A stretch of 62,111 nt of DNA from Octopus bimaculoides. Taxonomy: Eukaryota. The notes beneath the pieces were generated by a model. That model saw only the letters and a program-made list of their open reading frames with translations. It ran no database searches and was not told the origin of the DNA. Shown here in pieces: positions 25,284 to 39,496 of this stretch. The first letter of the stretch is position 1. Every line of letters begins with the position of its first letter. Location of the stretch: contig NC_068996.1 in NCBI RefSeq assembly GCF_001194135.2, positions 54,436,065 through 54,498,175 on the forward strand. Direction: 5' to 3'. The position numbers and the translations under genes were made by a program.

Positions 25284-25807
25284 ACAAATAAATTTTTAAT
25301 TTGCTGAGATACCTTTCTTCGTTGAAGGAAGAAAATATAAATCCAGCTGCAAGTATTAGTGACTCTCAAGGAAAAAGGAGAAAATTTCAAAAATTGAAGG
25401 AAAAAAATTTGTCGAGTGAGGGGGCAAAGTTAGGAAAAGGGCAATCCGATCTTTGTTTGCAGTCAAGGGACAACGTAGATATAGGTTTCGGTCTTTTTGA
25501 CGGTCTATGTTTTAACATCACTGATCTCATTTTTACACACAGTGTATGACTATGCATGTATGTATGTATGTATGTATGTATGTATGTGTATATGTGTATA
25601 TGTGTATATGTGTGTGTACGTATGCATACATACATGTATATATGTATGTGCGTATGTATGCATGAATGTATGTGTGTACGTATGTATACATGCATCTAGA
25701 TATGTATGTATGTATGTTTGCATATATGTATGCCTCTGCTATTATTTAATTATTATAAATCTTTAATTATTATAAATGTCTCTGCTATTTTTTAATTATC
25801 ATAAATC

Positions 25808-26115
25808 TGAGGAGGGAGCTGGTTTCCAACAAAGATACAAGGTTCTATCCTTGGGATGTAGCTAACACAGACAAATTCACATTTGGAACTTGAGAAAAGT
25901 CTTGCATATTTTTACTGTTCCACTCACAGATTACTCTTGTAATGTACGAATCAGCCAGTTGATTTCTCCTTCTGAAAATCCCAGTTTATCCAGATTCTCC
26001 TTTAAGCATTTACTAACAAAACCTAGTGTTCCAATTATTATTGGTATGAATATGAATTCAGAGTCTGGATATAGAAGCTGGAGGTTTCGAAGCAGTTGTC
26101 CATAGATATACTCTT
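25808..26115 (-). mobile_element. 3' end of an RLE-type (R4-like) non-LTR retrotransposon
   Basis: Minus-strand YGQLLRNLQLLYPDSEFIFIPIIIGTLGFVSKCL..LIRTLQE*SVSGTVKICKTFLKF. Confidence 0.75.
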
Positions 26116-26839
26116 CTATGTTTGTATATATGTATGTATGTTTATATATATATATGAATGTATATATGTATAGGCACAGACAGGGCTGTGTGATTAAATA
26201 GCTCGATTTGAGACCACATGGATCCAAGTTTTATTCAAATGAGCGGCACATCTGGCATGTGTTTTCTGTTTTAGCCTCGACTTGACTAATGCGTAGGGAA
26301 TGGAACTTAATAAATGGAAACTGTGCCGTAGCCTACTGAATATTTGCCTTCGTGTATACGTGTATGTGTGAGTGTGCTTTTACACTGAAAACCGTGATGC
26401 TTATGGTTTATGTTGTGTTCTTTCTATTACCTAAAAATTAACAGTTTTATAAATAAGTCTCACTGAATTAAACAGCAGACTGCGACATGAAAAAAAGGCT
26501 TTGAAAGAGGTTCCCAAGTATGACTAACAGTGGTAGTATTTTTTTTAAATCTAATGTATTTTGAAGAAAAATTGTTTGATTCATATATAAATATATGTGC
26601 TTCTGTGCATAGATATATATGTATTTGTGTGTACATATATACATGTATTTCAGTAAACATTAAAATATGAACAAGAGGAAGAAAAAAATGCACTTAATGT
26701 TAAGGAAGAGTTACTTTATTTCGAATTTAAAGTCACAAATAGTTACTCCGAGTTCCTGGTTTCTAATTTTTGGATGATTACGTAATATGGTACTATGTTG
26801 TTATGCTTTTCTTTATTTTTATATTTCTGAGTTATATCT

Positions 26840-27046
26840 TATTTCTTTAATGCCCACAATGGCTAAACATAGAGGGAACAAACAAAGGGACTAAGTCGAT
26901 TACATCGACCCCAGTGCGTAAATGGTACTTAATTTATCGGCCCCGAAAGGATGAAAGGCAAAGTCGACCTCGGTGGAATTTGAACTCAGAACGTAACGGC
27001 AGACGAAATATCGATGTACTAACGTTTCTGCCAGCTTCGCTGCCTC
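26840..27046 (-). mobile_element. SINE family A variant with a different tail and an 11-bp target-site duplication
   Basis: Core identical in type to family A; gagttatatct at 26829-26839 and 27047-27057. Confidence 0.85.
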
Positions 27047-27162
27047 GAGTTATATCTCTCGGGCAGTTAACATTAATTAAACACTAACGTCTTAAAATGT
27101 GTTTTTTTACAATCACTTTTATGTGTGTGTTTGTGTGTGTGCGTGTGTGTATTTGTGCGTGT

Positions 27163-27284
<122 letters not shown>

Positions 27285-28757
27285 AAAAGTAATTGTAAAA
27301 AAAATAAATTTTAAAATGTTAGTGTTCAACTAATGCTAAGTACCTAAGAAATATAACTCAGAAATATAAAAATAAAAAAACCAAAACATATAGAACCAAG
27401 TGAGACAATAAACCAAAATGACGTCGAAATGATTTCTTTGTCCAAAGCAAAATGTCCTTAACATAACCTGTTAGGACATATGTAATCTAAATGCAGAATA
27501 TTCTGGCCTATGTGGACAAGGTCCTTCATTTCGGAACTTTTATTTAAACCATCTTGAAATAAGATGAAAAACTTTTCACTGAAGCAGCATTTACTCCCCA
27601 CATTCAAGCAAGAGGTGCCATCCATATATAATACGTAATGCGTTTTGTACTATATTCCAGTTGATTTTGAACGTAATGGAGCATATTTTTCTTAAAAAAT
27701 AAGTATACTTGAATAAATGTTATAATTTTTTTTACCTGAATACTTGAAAGAATAGATATACTGAAACAAAAACATTGTTGAAATTATTTTTGATGAAACT
27801 GCATTGCCATTGTCTAAATATACTTTAGTACACTAATCAAAGCATTCGAAAAGCAGAGGCTAATTGTCTGAAGCAATACAGTTACAGATAAGGAAAGAGA
27901 CAGAATTATTGTTATCAGAAACTTTTATAGCAAAAGAGCTATAGTTACCCATAATCGAATTTCTACTTAAGATTTTATTTACAATTCTTCAGAAAAAGAA
28001 GAGAAATTAAGATTTAAAAAATCTTTGAAGATATTTCTTTTTACTTTTAAACTAAAATTGGGATTATACCTGAAAATATTTCCCGGTCTATTTTCACGCT
28101 TAAAAACATAAAAGTAGATAGCAAGTTGCATTTTATTTGAAAGACCCCCTTTGTCGAAGAACTTTTTTATAATAATAAGAAACATTAATGAAGGTAGCAT
28201 CATCAGACGGTAAGAAAGATAGAGATTCTATTTCGTAGAACAATCTATGACTGACTAGAATTCTTATGTTCATAAATAAGCTTTTCATCACTATTTATAT
28301 CCAAATTTAAAGTGATACTCAAGAAATTATGTCAACATGAGTAACGATTATTACACTAAAGTGTTTTATGACATATTCCTAAATTTGTACGATTCATTAC
28401 CTATTGTACTGCGTCTCTATGAAGACCTTGCAAGGTAAGAAATCTTCTATATATAATGACCGAACTATAAACCCCGATAATTTGTATAATTCGGTCGAGT
28501 GTATAGAAACAGCAAACAATTCTCTCCATTTTTATCCCCAAGGCGAGGTTATCAAAACCAAAACCTATTTTCTTGCCTGCATAATTATCTCTATGTCAAA
28601 TTCACTTGGAATGAATTGTTGGAATTATTTTCATTTTTATATATTTAGCTATTTCTCTTCAATAGATAGCTTTCCTTACAGCCTTTAAAAAAAAATTTAT
28701 TTGTGTATATGTTTATATATATATATGTGTGTGTGTGTGTATGTATGTACGTATGTA

Positions 28758-28831
<74 letters not shown>

Positions 28832-29851
28832 CATATATATATATAGGTGTGTGCGTGTGTGTTTGTGTGTTTTTCTTTATATATTTTTTTTACGTATTCC
28901 TATTTATACCAATTCTTCATTTTGTTTTTTCAACAAGCAATTCTACCACACACCTAGTAAGTAAACAAATAACGGTCATATTGAACAACAATAAAATTCC
29001 TTTGTCCTACGTTATCTGCTTAATTCTTGCCATCATATACAAATCTCCCTGCTCACAATTATCCGAAGATCGAAATCAAGAAATTTGAGTGGAGTGATTT
29101 ACGAAGTCTCAGTTTCTAAATATGTCTGTAAATCTATATATGTGTGTGTTTGTGCAATATATATATATATATATATACACATCTAAATATTTATAAATAG
29201 ATTATACATCTGACTGTACACGCGCGCACGACGACTCAGTATGTGTGTGTGTGTGTGTGTCTGTCTGTCTGTATGTTTGTCTGTTTGTCTGTCTGTCTAT
29301 CTGTCTGTCTGTGCGTGAGTGTGTGCGTAATGTGCGTTTGCATAGAGATTGTATAATAATTAACTTTACAGCAGCTTTCAACGATAATGGATTTTTTCCA
29401 AAATTTCGGTTATTCTAAACAATAGCCCGTGTTCTTATTTTTGTGTTAAATACATAAGCTGTCTCTGTAATTACAACAGTTTCTCTATAACCATACGAAT
29501 AAATATTTAAAGATATTTGTGTGAATATGATTCTATATAAAATATATAGCTTCCATTTAATCTTTCACTATTTCATTAATGCACACTATATTTATTATTT
29601 GCTTGCTATCAATTTGCATCATTGTTACCTTTATAAGTATTGCTTTTGGAAACCATATCGCAATAGTTTTTATGCTATTAAGAATCCCGAAGGAATTCTC
29701 TATATTAAATGCTCCAATCTCTAAATCGTTTTCTGTGCCAGCGTCGAATATGTTTTTCTACATGATATCATAAACTATGATTTATTCATGATTAAACTTT
29801 TATAGAGTTTGCCAAAAGCTCCCAAATGAATTGTTTCGTTCTATTCATTAG

Positions 29852-30104
29852 GTATTGAATTATTGCCCAAAAGATATGAAAGCCGACATCTGTGTTCATT
29901 TGAATCGGAAAGTCTTTTGCGAACATCCGGCTTTCCGATTGGCAAGCGACGGCTGTCTGCGAGCTCTAGCCATGCATTTCACGATGACTCATAGTGCACC
30001 GGGTGATCTCATCTATCATCAAGGAGAAAGTTTAGACTCATTATGTTTTGTGGTCACTGGATCTCTTGAAGTTATTCAAGACGACGAAGTGATTGCAATT
30101 CTTG
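29852..30104 (+). CDS. eag: EAG K+ channel coding exon (end of C-linker, start of CNBHD); 253 nt, phase 0 to 1
   Basis: tag|GTATTG...CTTG|gtaagt; [43 protein letters not shown]...[35 protein letters not shown] closely matches Kv10/KCNH1/eag. Confidence 0.97.
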
Positions 30105-31324
30105 GTAAGTAAAATAACTATGAGCTGTAATATAAAGCTTCTTTCTTTTTTTTTTAATAGTAATAACATTTTACTGTGCTTAGGAATATGAAAATGGTAG
30201 TATGAATAAGGTGGTGGGATTCTAGAAATGGCATAATACCAGAATAAATGTTTTGTAACTTCTTGTCGGGTTGAAAAATACTTGTTAAATGATCTTTTCA
30301 ATATTGGGGTTTAACAAAATGAAGAGCGTTTTGATATTGATGAAGCTGTTCTCGGCATACATAAACCTCAGAAGAAACCTTTTATCCCCGCTGAATCATT
30401 GTCCAACATATCTCTGTGAATCTTGTATGTATTTCCTTCGATATTCTCTTACATTGATCTGTGGTTTTTGCTTCCTGAAAGTTCTCTTTGGTCGTTACTA
30501 TTTTACATTCTGGTAGCAAATTGCAAGTTGTTACAGCATCGGACGAAATGCCTTGTGATATCTATTCCAACCTATTTACAACTCAGTTAAACTCCCAAGG
30601 GGTTCATTTTTCCCATTCATTTTTCTGAGGAAAGTTCCAATCTAGGATGATGGGCTTTCAGAATCATTACATCGTCGAACGCCATACCTTGCACTATTCG
30701 TTCCGACTCTTTGCATTCTGAGGTAAAATCCAACCGTACCCTGCACGTATAGCTGGTAATTTTTTTCCATCGCCTGGTTTAACATTAGTACCTGTTCGTG
30801 GGTGCATGAAATGGAAACCATACTGTTGCAAGTATATGGGGCTAGTGTCTGATTATAGAATAACTTCCTACCTTCTTCCAAGCAGTCTCTGAGGTTCTAT
30901 AAAGGGTTATGAGCCCTACACCTGACTGCCGATACAAAAGGATGGTCATGGCTAGAATGCTTTTTAGTTTAAATCCACTTGGTTTGCGTCAACATGGTAA
31001 AAGAATCAACAAAAGACAAAAGCATGAGTTTTATTCATGCGAAAGTCAAGTTCCTCATCAAATACAAACCGAACCACAAGTGATGTAATCTCTTTCACAT
31101 CTACTGACTGTCTTTCCTCCTCCCTCCCTCCCTCTCTTTCTCTCTATCTCTCTTTATCTCTATCTCTCTCGTCTTCTTTCTTCTCGTTCTCCTCTCTTGT
31201 CTCTTACTGCAAAAGTGCGTAACAGGAATTAAGAAATCAGATTGATTGGCTACTTAACAGGAAATAACAATAAAACTGAGACTCAGTGACTCAGAAAGAT
31301 GATGCCCTGCTTATTAAGTGATTA

Positions 31325-31374
<50 letters not shown>

Positions 31375-31598
31375 TATATATATATCATGGTTGGATGGAT
31401 CTGTATATATTAATTGATAGACAGANNNNNNNNNNNNNNNNNNNNNNNNNNNNNNNNNNNNNNNNNNNNNNNNNNNNNNNNNNNNNNNNNNNNNNNNNNN
31501 NNNNNNNNNNNNNNNNNNNNNNNNNNNNNNNNNNNNNNNNNNNNNNNNNNNNNNNNNNNNNNNNNNNNNNNNNNNNNNNNNNNNNNNNNNNNNNNNNN

Positions 31599-31649
<51 letters not shown>

Positions 31650-32087
31650 TCTATGTATGTATATATAGAGAGAGGGAGCAAATATAAACATGTGTATACA
31701 CTTATCAGTTATTTTGCATATAATTTTTGTTTCATTATTTCATCACATTTAAAAAACATTTAAATATTTCAATAAGTATTTTTTTTATGGAACCTCTTTT
31801 CGACTAATCGTTTTTACTGTTTCTTTAGTTCAAGAAGTGCTGAACCCAATTTAAATTTCTATCAAACATATCTCGAGTATTTAGAAAGACATTTTATTGT
31901 CGAGCCAACACAGGATTTTCCACGTGGTCGTTGGACGTGTTAGAAATAGCAAGAAAATGTCGTCCGACAAACAATACTGTACAAGGTTTAGAAAAGGATT
32001 CATAGGTGAATGTATTCGGGAGTACATAATGCCTGAGAGAAGATCTGAGATGTCACGGCTGGAAAATCGTTAATAATAGGTTTAGTC

Positions 32088-32716
32088 TAGTGGTTTTCAA
32101 CCTGGGTCCATATGGCCCTTCTGGGTCCTCATAAGAGTTTGTTGTTAAAATTTATTGGTTAAATTTCCGCAATAAACAAAATATTTCAGCAATTTTTTTT
32201 AATACAGTAATTAATATTATTTAACCATAAAAATATTCCTTTATTCTTCTTTTTTAATTTTTTGTTTGTTTCAGTCATTTGACTGTGGCCATGCTGGAGC
32301 ACCGCCTTTAGTCGAGCAAATCGACCCCAGGTCTTATTCTCTGTAAGCCTAGTACTTATTCTATCGGTCTCTTTTGCCGAACTGCTAAGTTACGCGGACG
32401 TAAACACACCAACATCGGTTATCAAGGGATGTGGGGAGACAAACACAGGCACAGAAACATATATATATATATATCATATATACTACCAAATCCACTCACA
32501 AGGTTTTGGTCGGTCCGAGACTATTGTAAAAGACACTTGCCCAAGGTGCCACGCAGTGAGACTGAACCCAGAACCATGTGGTTGGGAAGAAAGCTACTTA
32601 CCCCACAGCTACTCCTATGTAATAGGATTTTTTAAATACTGAATGGCTACGGGAACCCCCATGAATAAAATAGGAACCAAAGGGATTCATAGGAAACAAG
32701 TAGTTAAGAACCACTG
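32088..32716 (+). mobile_element. hAT-type MITE carrying a nested SINE B
   Basis: Ends tagtggttttcaacc / agttaagaaccactg; 8-bp flanks gtttagtc / gattagtc; same family as 35359-35607 in opposite orientation. Confidence 0.75.
32262..32617 (-). mobile_element. SINE family B
   Basis: Reverse complement of the family B consensus seen at 23289 and 45589. Confidence 0.88.
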
Positions 32717-32762
32717 GATTAGTCGATCGGTAAGGAGCCTAAACAGCAACAACGTTTTACTC

Positions 32763-33083
32763 TATTTACATTATTTACATTTGACGGATATTTGTCCTCA
32801 TCTTGTTTGTTGTTAACACAATGTTTCGGCTGATATACCCTCCAGCTTTCATCAGGTGGCTTGGGGAAATTTCGAACTTGGGTTCTCATTCCTAAGGTAT
32901 TTTTTCAATGTTGTTATTATATTATTATTATTATTCAGGTCACTGCCTGGAATCGAACTCGGAATCTTGGGCTCAGTAGCCCGCGCTCTTAACCACTACA
33001 CCATGTGCCCGTGAGCATATGGCGTAGTGGTTAAGAGCGCAGGTTACTAACCCCAAGATTCCAAGTTCGATTCCTGGCAGTGG

Positions 33084-33146
<63 letters not shown>

Positions 33147-33362
33147 CAACAACAATAATAATAATGATAATAATAATAATAATAATAACAACAACAACAT
33201 CGAAAAATACCTTATGAATTTCCCCAAGCCACCTGATAAAGGCTGGAGGGTATATCAGCTGAAACGTTGTGTTAACAACAAACAAGATGAGGACAAATAT
33301 CCGCCAATTGTAAATAATGTAAATAACGTACATTAATTCCTCATCTCTTAAATATGGAACTG
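32763..33362. mobile_element. Palindromic (fold-back) retroposon: two outward-facing tRNA-like heads, AAT/AAC tracts and hammerhead-like motifs
   Basis: Arms are reverse complements about the centre 33011/33012; A box tggcgtagtgg and B box gttcgattcc on each arm; 12-bp duplication aacgttttactc (32751-32762) / aacgctttactc (33363-33374). Confidence 0.85.
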
Positions 33363-34689
33363 AACGCTTTACTCACGATCGAATTTTTGGCGTTGACTAA
33401 GAAAATCACATTAATGTAAATCCACAACCAATGTCTGTCAATATTGGACGATATAATTCCTTAATTATTATCCGTTTACATACTACTGCTCTTACGTTCA
33501 GTCATACACACTCGCATATACACAAACAGACGCATATACTGACGTGCATACATGCTACATAGTAAAATGAAATATAACGGATTGTAATATACAAATACAT
33601 ATTATATTTGGCTACTAGTAGTAGCCCCAGCATGCTAAAGATGGCAGTTAAAACAACTCAAAACCACAGTTTTCACTTGTACACAAGGGCGAAATCGAGG
33701 GGACGAGCAGTAACATTTTAAGACCTCGTACCATAGACGAAAGGAATCGAAAATGAAAATTAGACATGCCCATATCACAATGATTTCGAACTTTGTGAAT
33801 GATCACTTTGTTCTCGTCAGTGAATAATACTGAACCAGGGTCAAAAACATTCCCGCTTCAACTATCTGCTGCATAATCATGCTACCTTTAGCATGCTATT
33901 GTTACAAGTAGTACCCTTCATTTCTAAATTGATAATTTTACCTTTATGGTTCTTTTACGTATGCTAGTATTTTGAATATACATTGCAATGCACCTTTAAC
34001 GACTTTTGAATTACTTATTTACAAAAATATGTTTGGCTTATGACGGCTTATGAAAACTGTATATTATCAACGTATTTGCTGTCAAATTTTGATATATTAT
34101 TAGCAATGAAGATGAAATATAGCGCTCCAGGTTTTCATAGATTTCAATGAAATGACAGAGCGGAAGTGTAGCGAAAAAACAGCTTCCTTTTTAGTTCACT
34201 TTATTACTGACATACGGTCCTGAGACACATAAGCACCACGATATATTTTAAAGTCAACGGAGAACGTTCGATTTGCTAGAGAGGCTTGACGCAAACATAA
34301 CTCGAAGCATAACATTTTCTAATATTTATAGAATACCTATTTCCTGTTAAGGATGAATGACTAGCAAGTGTAGTAAAATAAGTGAAAACAATGGTTCTCC
34401 AAGGAAGCATTTCCACCACTTCGTAAAAATATTAGTGAAAATACATTTTGCTTTCTCTTTATTAATGAATAGACGAAATAGAATTTGTATCCATATTAAT
34501 TATTCTTTTTTTGCCGTTGTGTTGGATAACTTTAGAAAGTGTAAACCAAATTTATTTGACCTTAACTAATGACAGTCGTTTTGCTATGTAATTGAAACTG
34601 CAGTCATCCAGTAAGTGATAAATAAGTGTAAGGTTTTCTTTGCGGGGTGGGGATTGTCTAACATTCTATCATTTATAGTAAAATCTTAG

Positions 34690-34709
34690 CTGATTTATTA
34701 TTATTATTG

Positions 34710-34785
<76 letters not shown>

Positions 34786-34796
34786 CATTATTATTA

Positions 34797-34860
<64 letters not shown>

Positions 34861-34905
34861 CATTATTATTATTATTATTATCATTATTATTATTATTATT
34901 AATTA
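34690..34905 (+). repeat. (ATT)n microsatellite
   Basis: Direct reading. Confidence 0.97.
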
Positions 34906-35358
34906 TTATTAAGTCTTGTAAGCAAGCTTTAGCGAAACTACTTCAGATACTATTCCAGAGTTTCCTTGCAAGTGGTAAACTTCCTAAAAACCTAAAAGAA
35001 GGCATTATATATCTTATCCACGAATTTGAGAATACACTGTCTTTCTATAAGGGTTCCTTTTTAGTTTTATATTTTCCTTTCATTTCACGTCTTTGATAAT
35101 ATGGTAGACCACATTCTTAATTAATATTCAATTTATAATTATTTTATTATATTTTGTTAAATATTTCCAAGATTGAATAACTGAATATCAAAAAAGTCGG
35201 TTAACTTCAAAACGGATCGATTGAATCTACGACATATTTTTTATATAAATGGAAAAAAAATTGTTTAAAAAATCGGAAAGTAAGAGGAACTCGGAAGGCG
35301 TGATAGATTTATATGCAGGTCTATGAGTGTAAGATGTTTTAACAAAGAACGTTTAAAC

Positions 35359-35607
35359 TAGTGTTTCTCAACCATTTTTCACCATGAATCCCTTTGATTG
35401 CTATTCTATTCAGATTGACCTAGTTATTCGATTTCCAAAAAATCATTTCATATTTTCATAATTAGATATTATTAGGAATTGTGTTTAAAAAATATTAAAA
35501 TATTTTGTGTATTGGAGAAGTATAACCAGTTTATAGCAGATTAATTTGAACAATTGAATCTTTTATTGACCCCCGAGGGTCATACAGACCCTGGTTGAGA
35601 ACCACTG
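35359..35607 (-). mobile_element. hAT-type MITE (249 bp)
   Basis: Inverted ends tagtgtttctcaacc / ggttgagaaccactg; 8-bp flanks gtttaaac / atttgaac. Confidence 0.8.
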
Positions 35608-37179
35608 ATTTGAACTATAATAAGAAACATAAAGAAAGGATTTGAGCTCTGTAAAGAGAAACGAAGTCAAAGAAAAAAATTAAAAAAATACAAAAACGCA
35701 GGTAAATGTCCGGAGAGGTCTGACTGTAAAAACAAAAGCTGGTAAAATCCGCAGAGAGGAGAGGCGATAACTGTGATACGAATTTGATAAAGTCTGCAGG
35801 AAAAAAATTGTTGTTTTGAATGGATTAAAAGCTGGAACTGACTGACCTTGCGTAAAAAAAATATTTTTTGGAAGTACATGGTGTAAAACAATATAACGGA
35901 GTAGACAGATTATATTTCGTTTTCAAAGCATTTTTTTAATCCAATATATTCTAATATACATGTTCAATCCATACCCAACAAAGGTCGAATTTAAAAAGAA
36001 AAGCAAATAGAATATAAAGCCCTAAAAATACGTCGAGTTATTTGAAAGAAAAGTAGAAAGTAAAGGGAGATAAGCGGTAGGGGAAGTTGTGTGTGTTTGT
36101 TAAAGACACAAGATGGTGGGTGAATAGTGATATGAATATATAAGGAATACATATGTGTGGGTATGCGTGTGTCTGCAAGACGGTTTGTGTAGGTATGTAT
36201 GTGTTAACATGCCGACGTGCAAGGGAGCGTAGGTGTTCCAAAGAGGCAAGATGGAAGAAGTGAGGCATTTAGAAACTAAGATGAGAACCATAGAATAGGA
36301 TAGTCAAGAAACAGTCGAAAACCGTTAGTTATGAAAAATCAATGAGTCGCGAATCTCAGCAATGTGTATGTATAAATAAGAAGCGTAAAGGTATGGGAAA
36401 GAGTGATGGAAGAGAAGTGCGTACATATGAGGATGTTGTGTTGGTATGTTAAGGGCGTATGCGTAGGTGTGAGGGTAAGTTGAGATGTGGATAGTGAGAG
36501 GGGATTGTAGAAAGGGGAAGTAGGAGTAAGAGATGTATATTGATGAAGCAGCTGGAGTGAACATGTAATTGAGGTGGTGAATTTAGACCGTTTCGAACGG
36601 AGATTAATCTTTCTTGGAGATTAATCTTTCAGCATTGTATCAGCTTCGATGAACGAGTAATGGCTAGAGAGAATAAACAAGGCAAACTTGGTTTCACGAG
36701 AACTCCTACATCGTGGAATGTAAACACGGCATGGTTACGTTTGCGGGCCTTCAAAGGAGAGTCCCTCTTCACAAACTCGCCAACCTCCAAAGTTGATTAC
36801 ATAAATCTGTATTCGAACGTCAATAGGCAGTTAGGACTGGTCATAAAACTAAATAGACATAGGAATAGTCAAGATAAGTTCATATTTGATAGTCAAACGA
36901 GTAAAGATAATCGTCTAGACTAAGTATCAGATATCAATAGCATTACCAGAGATATTAGACTGGACACTTGACAAGATCTACAACTTGGCTCTCAAGACTA
37001 GAAAGATACTAAAGACGACTGGTAACTTTCATTTCACGGATGACGCTGAGGCAATATATATTAAATAGATGGGGTGGATGAATGGATGGATGTGAGTAGA
37101 GCCAGAAGATCAGTTCAGACAGCCTTTGAATGCCGCGTTACTTAGACAACAATAACATCTGAACGCTAAAGTGAGAAAC

Positions 37180-37860
37180 TAATACATCCCATGTACACGC
37201 TTCAGCGAAATTAATGTAATGAGATTAGGTGAATAACTCGTAATCAAGTATTCTGAGGGCACAACAGTTCCATGTGAACCAATGGTGGCTGGATTAATCT
37301 GCGTAAACAGAGACTTTGATAAGAAATATTCGTCATACCAGCAGGAAGTTATGCATAGATATTTTTCCCGAAAGTTTGAGAATACCAACGGTATTAACAG
37401 ACCTAGTTTCTCTTGGGCTTTGCAGGCTCTCCAATTACTATTCTGAAACAGAGGATAGCCACTAAATATCTGACCAACAAGAAAGATAATGTTTTTAAAA
37501 TTCCATGCTGCGATAGAAAGTGATGATTGTGTCGTACGAATGTGGAAGAAATCATACATAAATATCCGCAACCTTCCCATGAGACGTGATACTGATGTTA
37601 TCCGTCTGCAACGCTATACGTAGGAAGGATTGTTCTAGTAGACATACCAAAGCAGGCACACCAAATCCAGAATGTATACTCATTTTTAAAGTAAAGAACC
37701 GGTAGGACAAGCAATTCGTTGCATGCACAACAGAACAAATGTTGTTCTGTGGAACAGAGAAGAAAAGTTCTGCACAGTTGTAGATGCCAACTACCCGGCG
37801 GATCACATGAAAATCTGAGGAAAACGAAAACTAATAATACGAGTACGGACAACTAATAAG
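37180..37860 (+). mobile_element. Highly degenerate RLE-type (R4-like) non-LTR fragment
   Basis: ILKQRIATKYL, LPMRRD and AIRCMHNRTNVVLWNREEKFCTVVDANYPAD resemble the HNRPD..W...E..CP endonuclease region. Confidence 0.6.
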
Positions 37861-38245
37861 AAACCTTCAGCTCTTATATCGAGGTTGTAGATTATCATTT
37901 GTATCTATTGTTTATGTATGTGGCAAGGCATTTTTGTTCTCTTGTTTTCAGCTTTTGTTTTACTCCAGACAGCTCAAGGGATTCATGGGTACATGTATGC
38001 GAATGGGATTATCTTATTTAGGTACTCTAGACTACAACAACAACAGATTTGTATAAAAGCCTAGAAATACTAGGTTTCTCCAAACAGTACAAAGAAAACT
38101 GATTCGCATTCTCCAAACACAATCAATCAAAGATACATTGAAAATCTGTGAAACATTAAATGGATTTTCTTTTCTGAGATTCTTTGGGGCGAACACTGTG
38201 CATATTTGCATATGCAAGGAATTTATACACGCACGCGCGCGCGCG

Positions 38246-38301
<56 letters not shown>

Positions 38302-38889
38302 TGTACTAAAATGACATGCACACCTACTGCAAGATAATCTCACTCACATACATGTACACGCACACATATACATGCGCAACCCAACTAATTCAGATATCCA
38401 CAAACCCCTTCAGCTGTCTGGACTAAAACAGAGGCTGAAAACGAGAAAACAAAAGAACTTTGCCACATACATACGTACATACATGTACATACATACATAT
38501 GTACATACATACATGCATACATATATGCATATATACATACACACATACATNNNNNNNNNNNNNNNNNNNNNNNNNNNNNNNNNNNNNNNNNNNNNNNNNN
38601 NNNNNNNNNNNNNNNNNNNNNNNNNNNNNNNNNNNNNNNNNNNNNNNNNNNNNNNNNNNNNNNNNNNNNNNNNNNNNNNNNNNNNNNNNNNNNNNNNNNN
38701 NNNNNNNNNNNNNNNNNNNNNNNNNNNNNNNTAGATGCATGCATACATGCATACATGCATACATACATACATACATGCATACATACATACATGCATACTT
38801 ACATGTATGCATACATATACATACATACATACACAATCATACATGCATACATACAATCATACATACAATCATACATACATGCATGCATG

Positions 38890-38921
<32 letters not shown>

Positions 38922-39299
38922 CATACATACACATGCATTCACAAATACATATATACATACACAAACACAGACAAACATACGAACATGCATAAATACATAG
39001 GCAAATAGCAGACATTAAAATTCACAGCATACACAGAGACAGCCCAGAAGAACAGGTAGACATACAGATAAACAGGGAGGCAGGTAAACTTATGAATATG
39101 GTTGGATCTTGTATGCCAAATGTTGAGCTGAAAATTTTGATCAGCTGGGCTTAGTCAAGCAATTAGCAGACAGAAATCCTCGGTGGATGCGTTTAAAATC
39201 AAAATAGTAACTGCAAAGATAATTTCAAATTTTGGGGACACTACAAACCTTATCATATAGGTATGCAGAACACTCCCTTACAGAATTTACCTAAAACTA

Positions 39300-39358
<59 letters not shown>

Positions 39359-39424
39359 GGCAGGCAGGCAGGAGGGAGATAGAAATAGACAGATGGTCAT
39401 AAAGAGAGAGAGAGTGGGAGTAAG

Positions 39425-39496
<72 letters not shown>

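Noticed and set aside
27400-27880. Possible ancient CR1-like RT remnant on the minus strand
   Set aside because: Only weak motif traces; not supportable without a profile search.
32940-33090. Functional tRNA genes at the centre of the palindrome
   Set aside because: A/B boxes are present but acceptor stems do not form and the heads are embedded in a repeat; treated as SINE-type heads.
36581-36650. Third hammerhead-like motif (minus strand CTGAAAGA...GAAACGGTC) with a 15-bp tandem duplication
   Set aside because: Helix I and II pairing could not be built convincingly.
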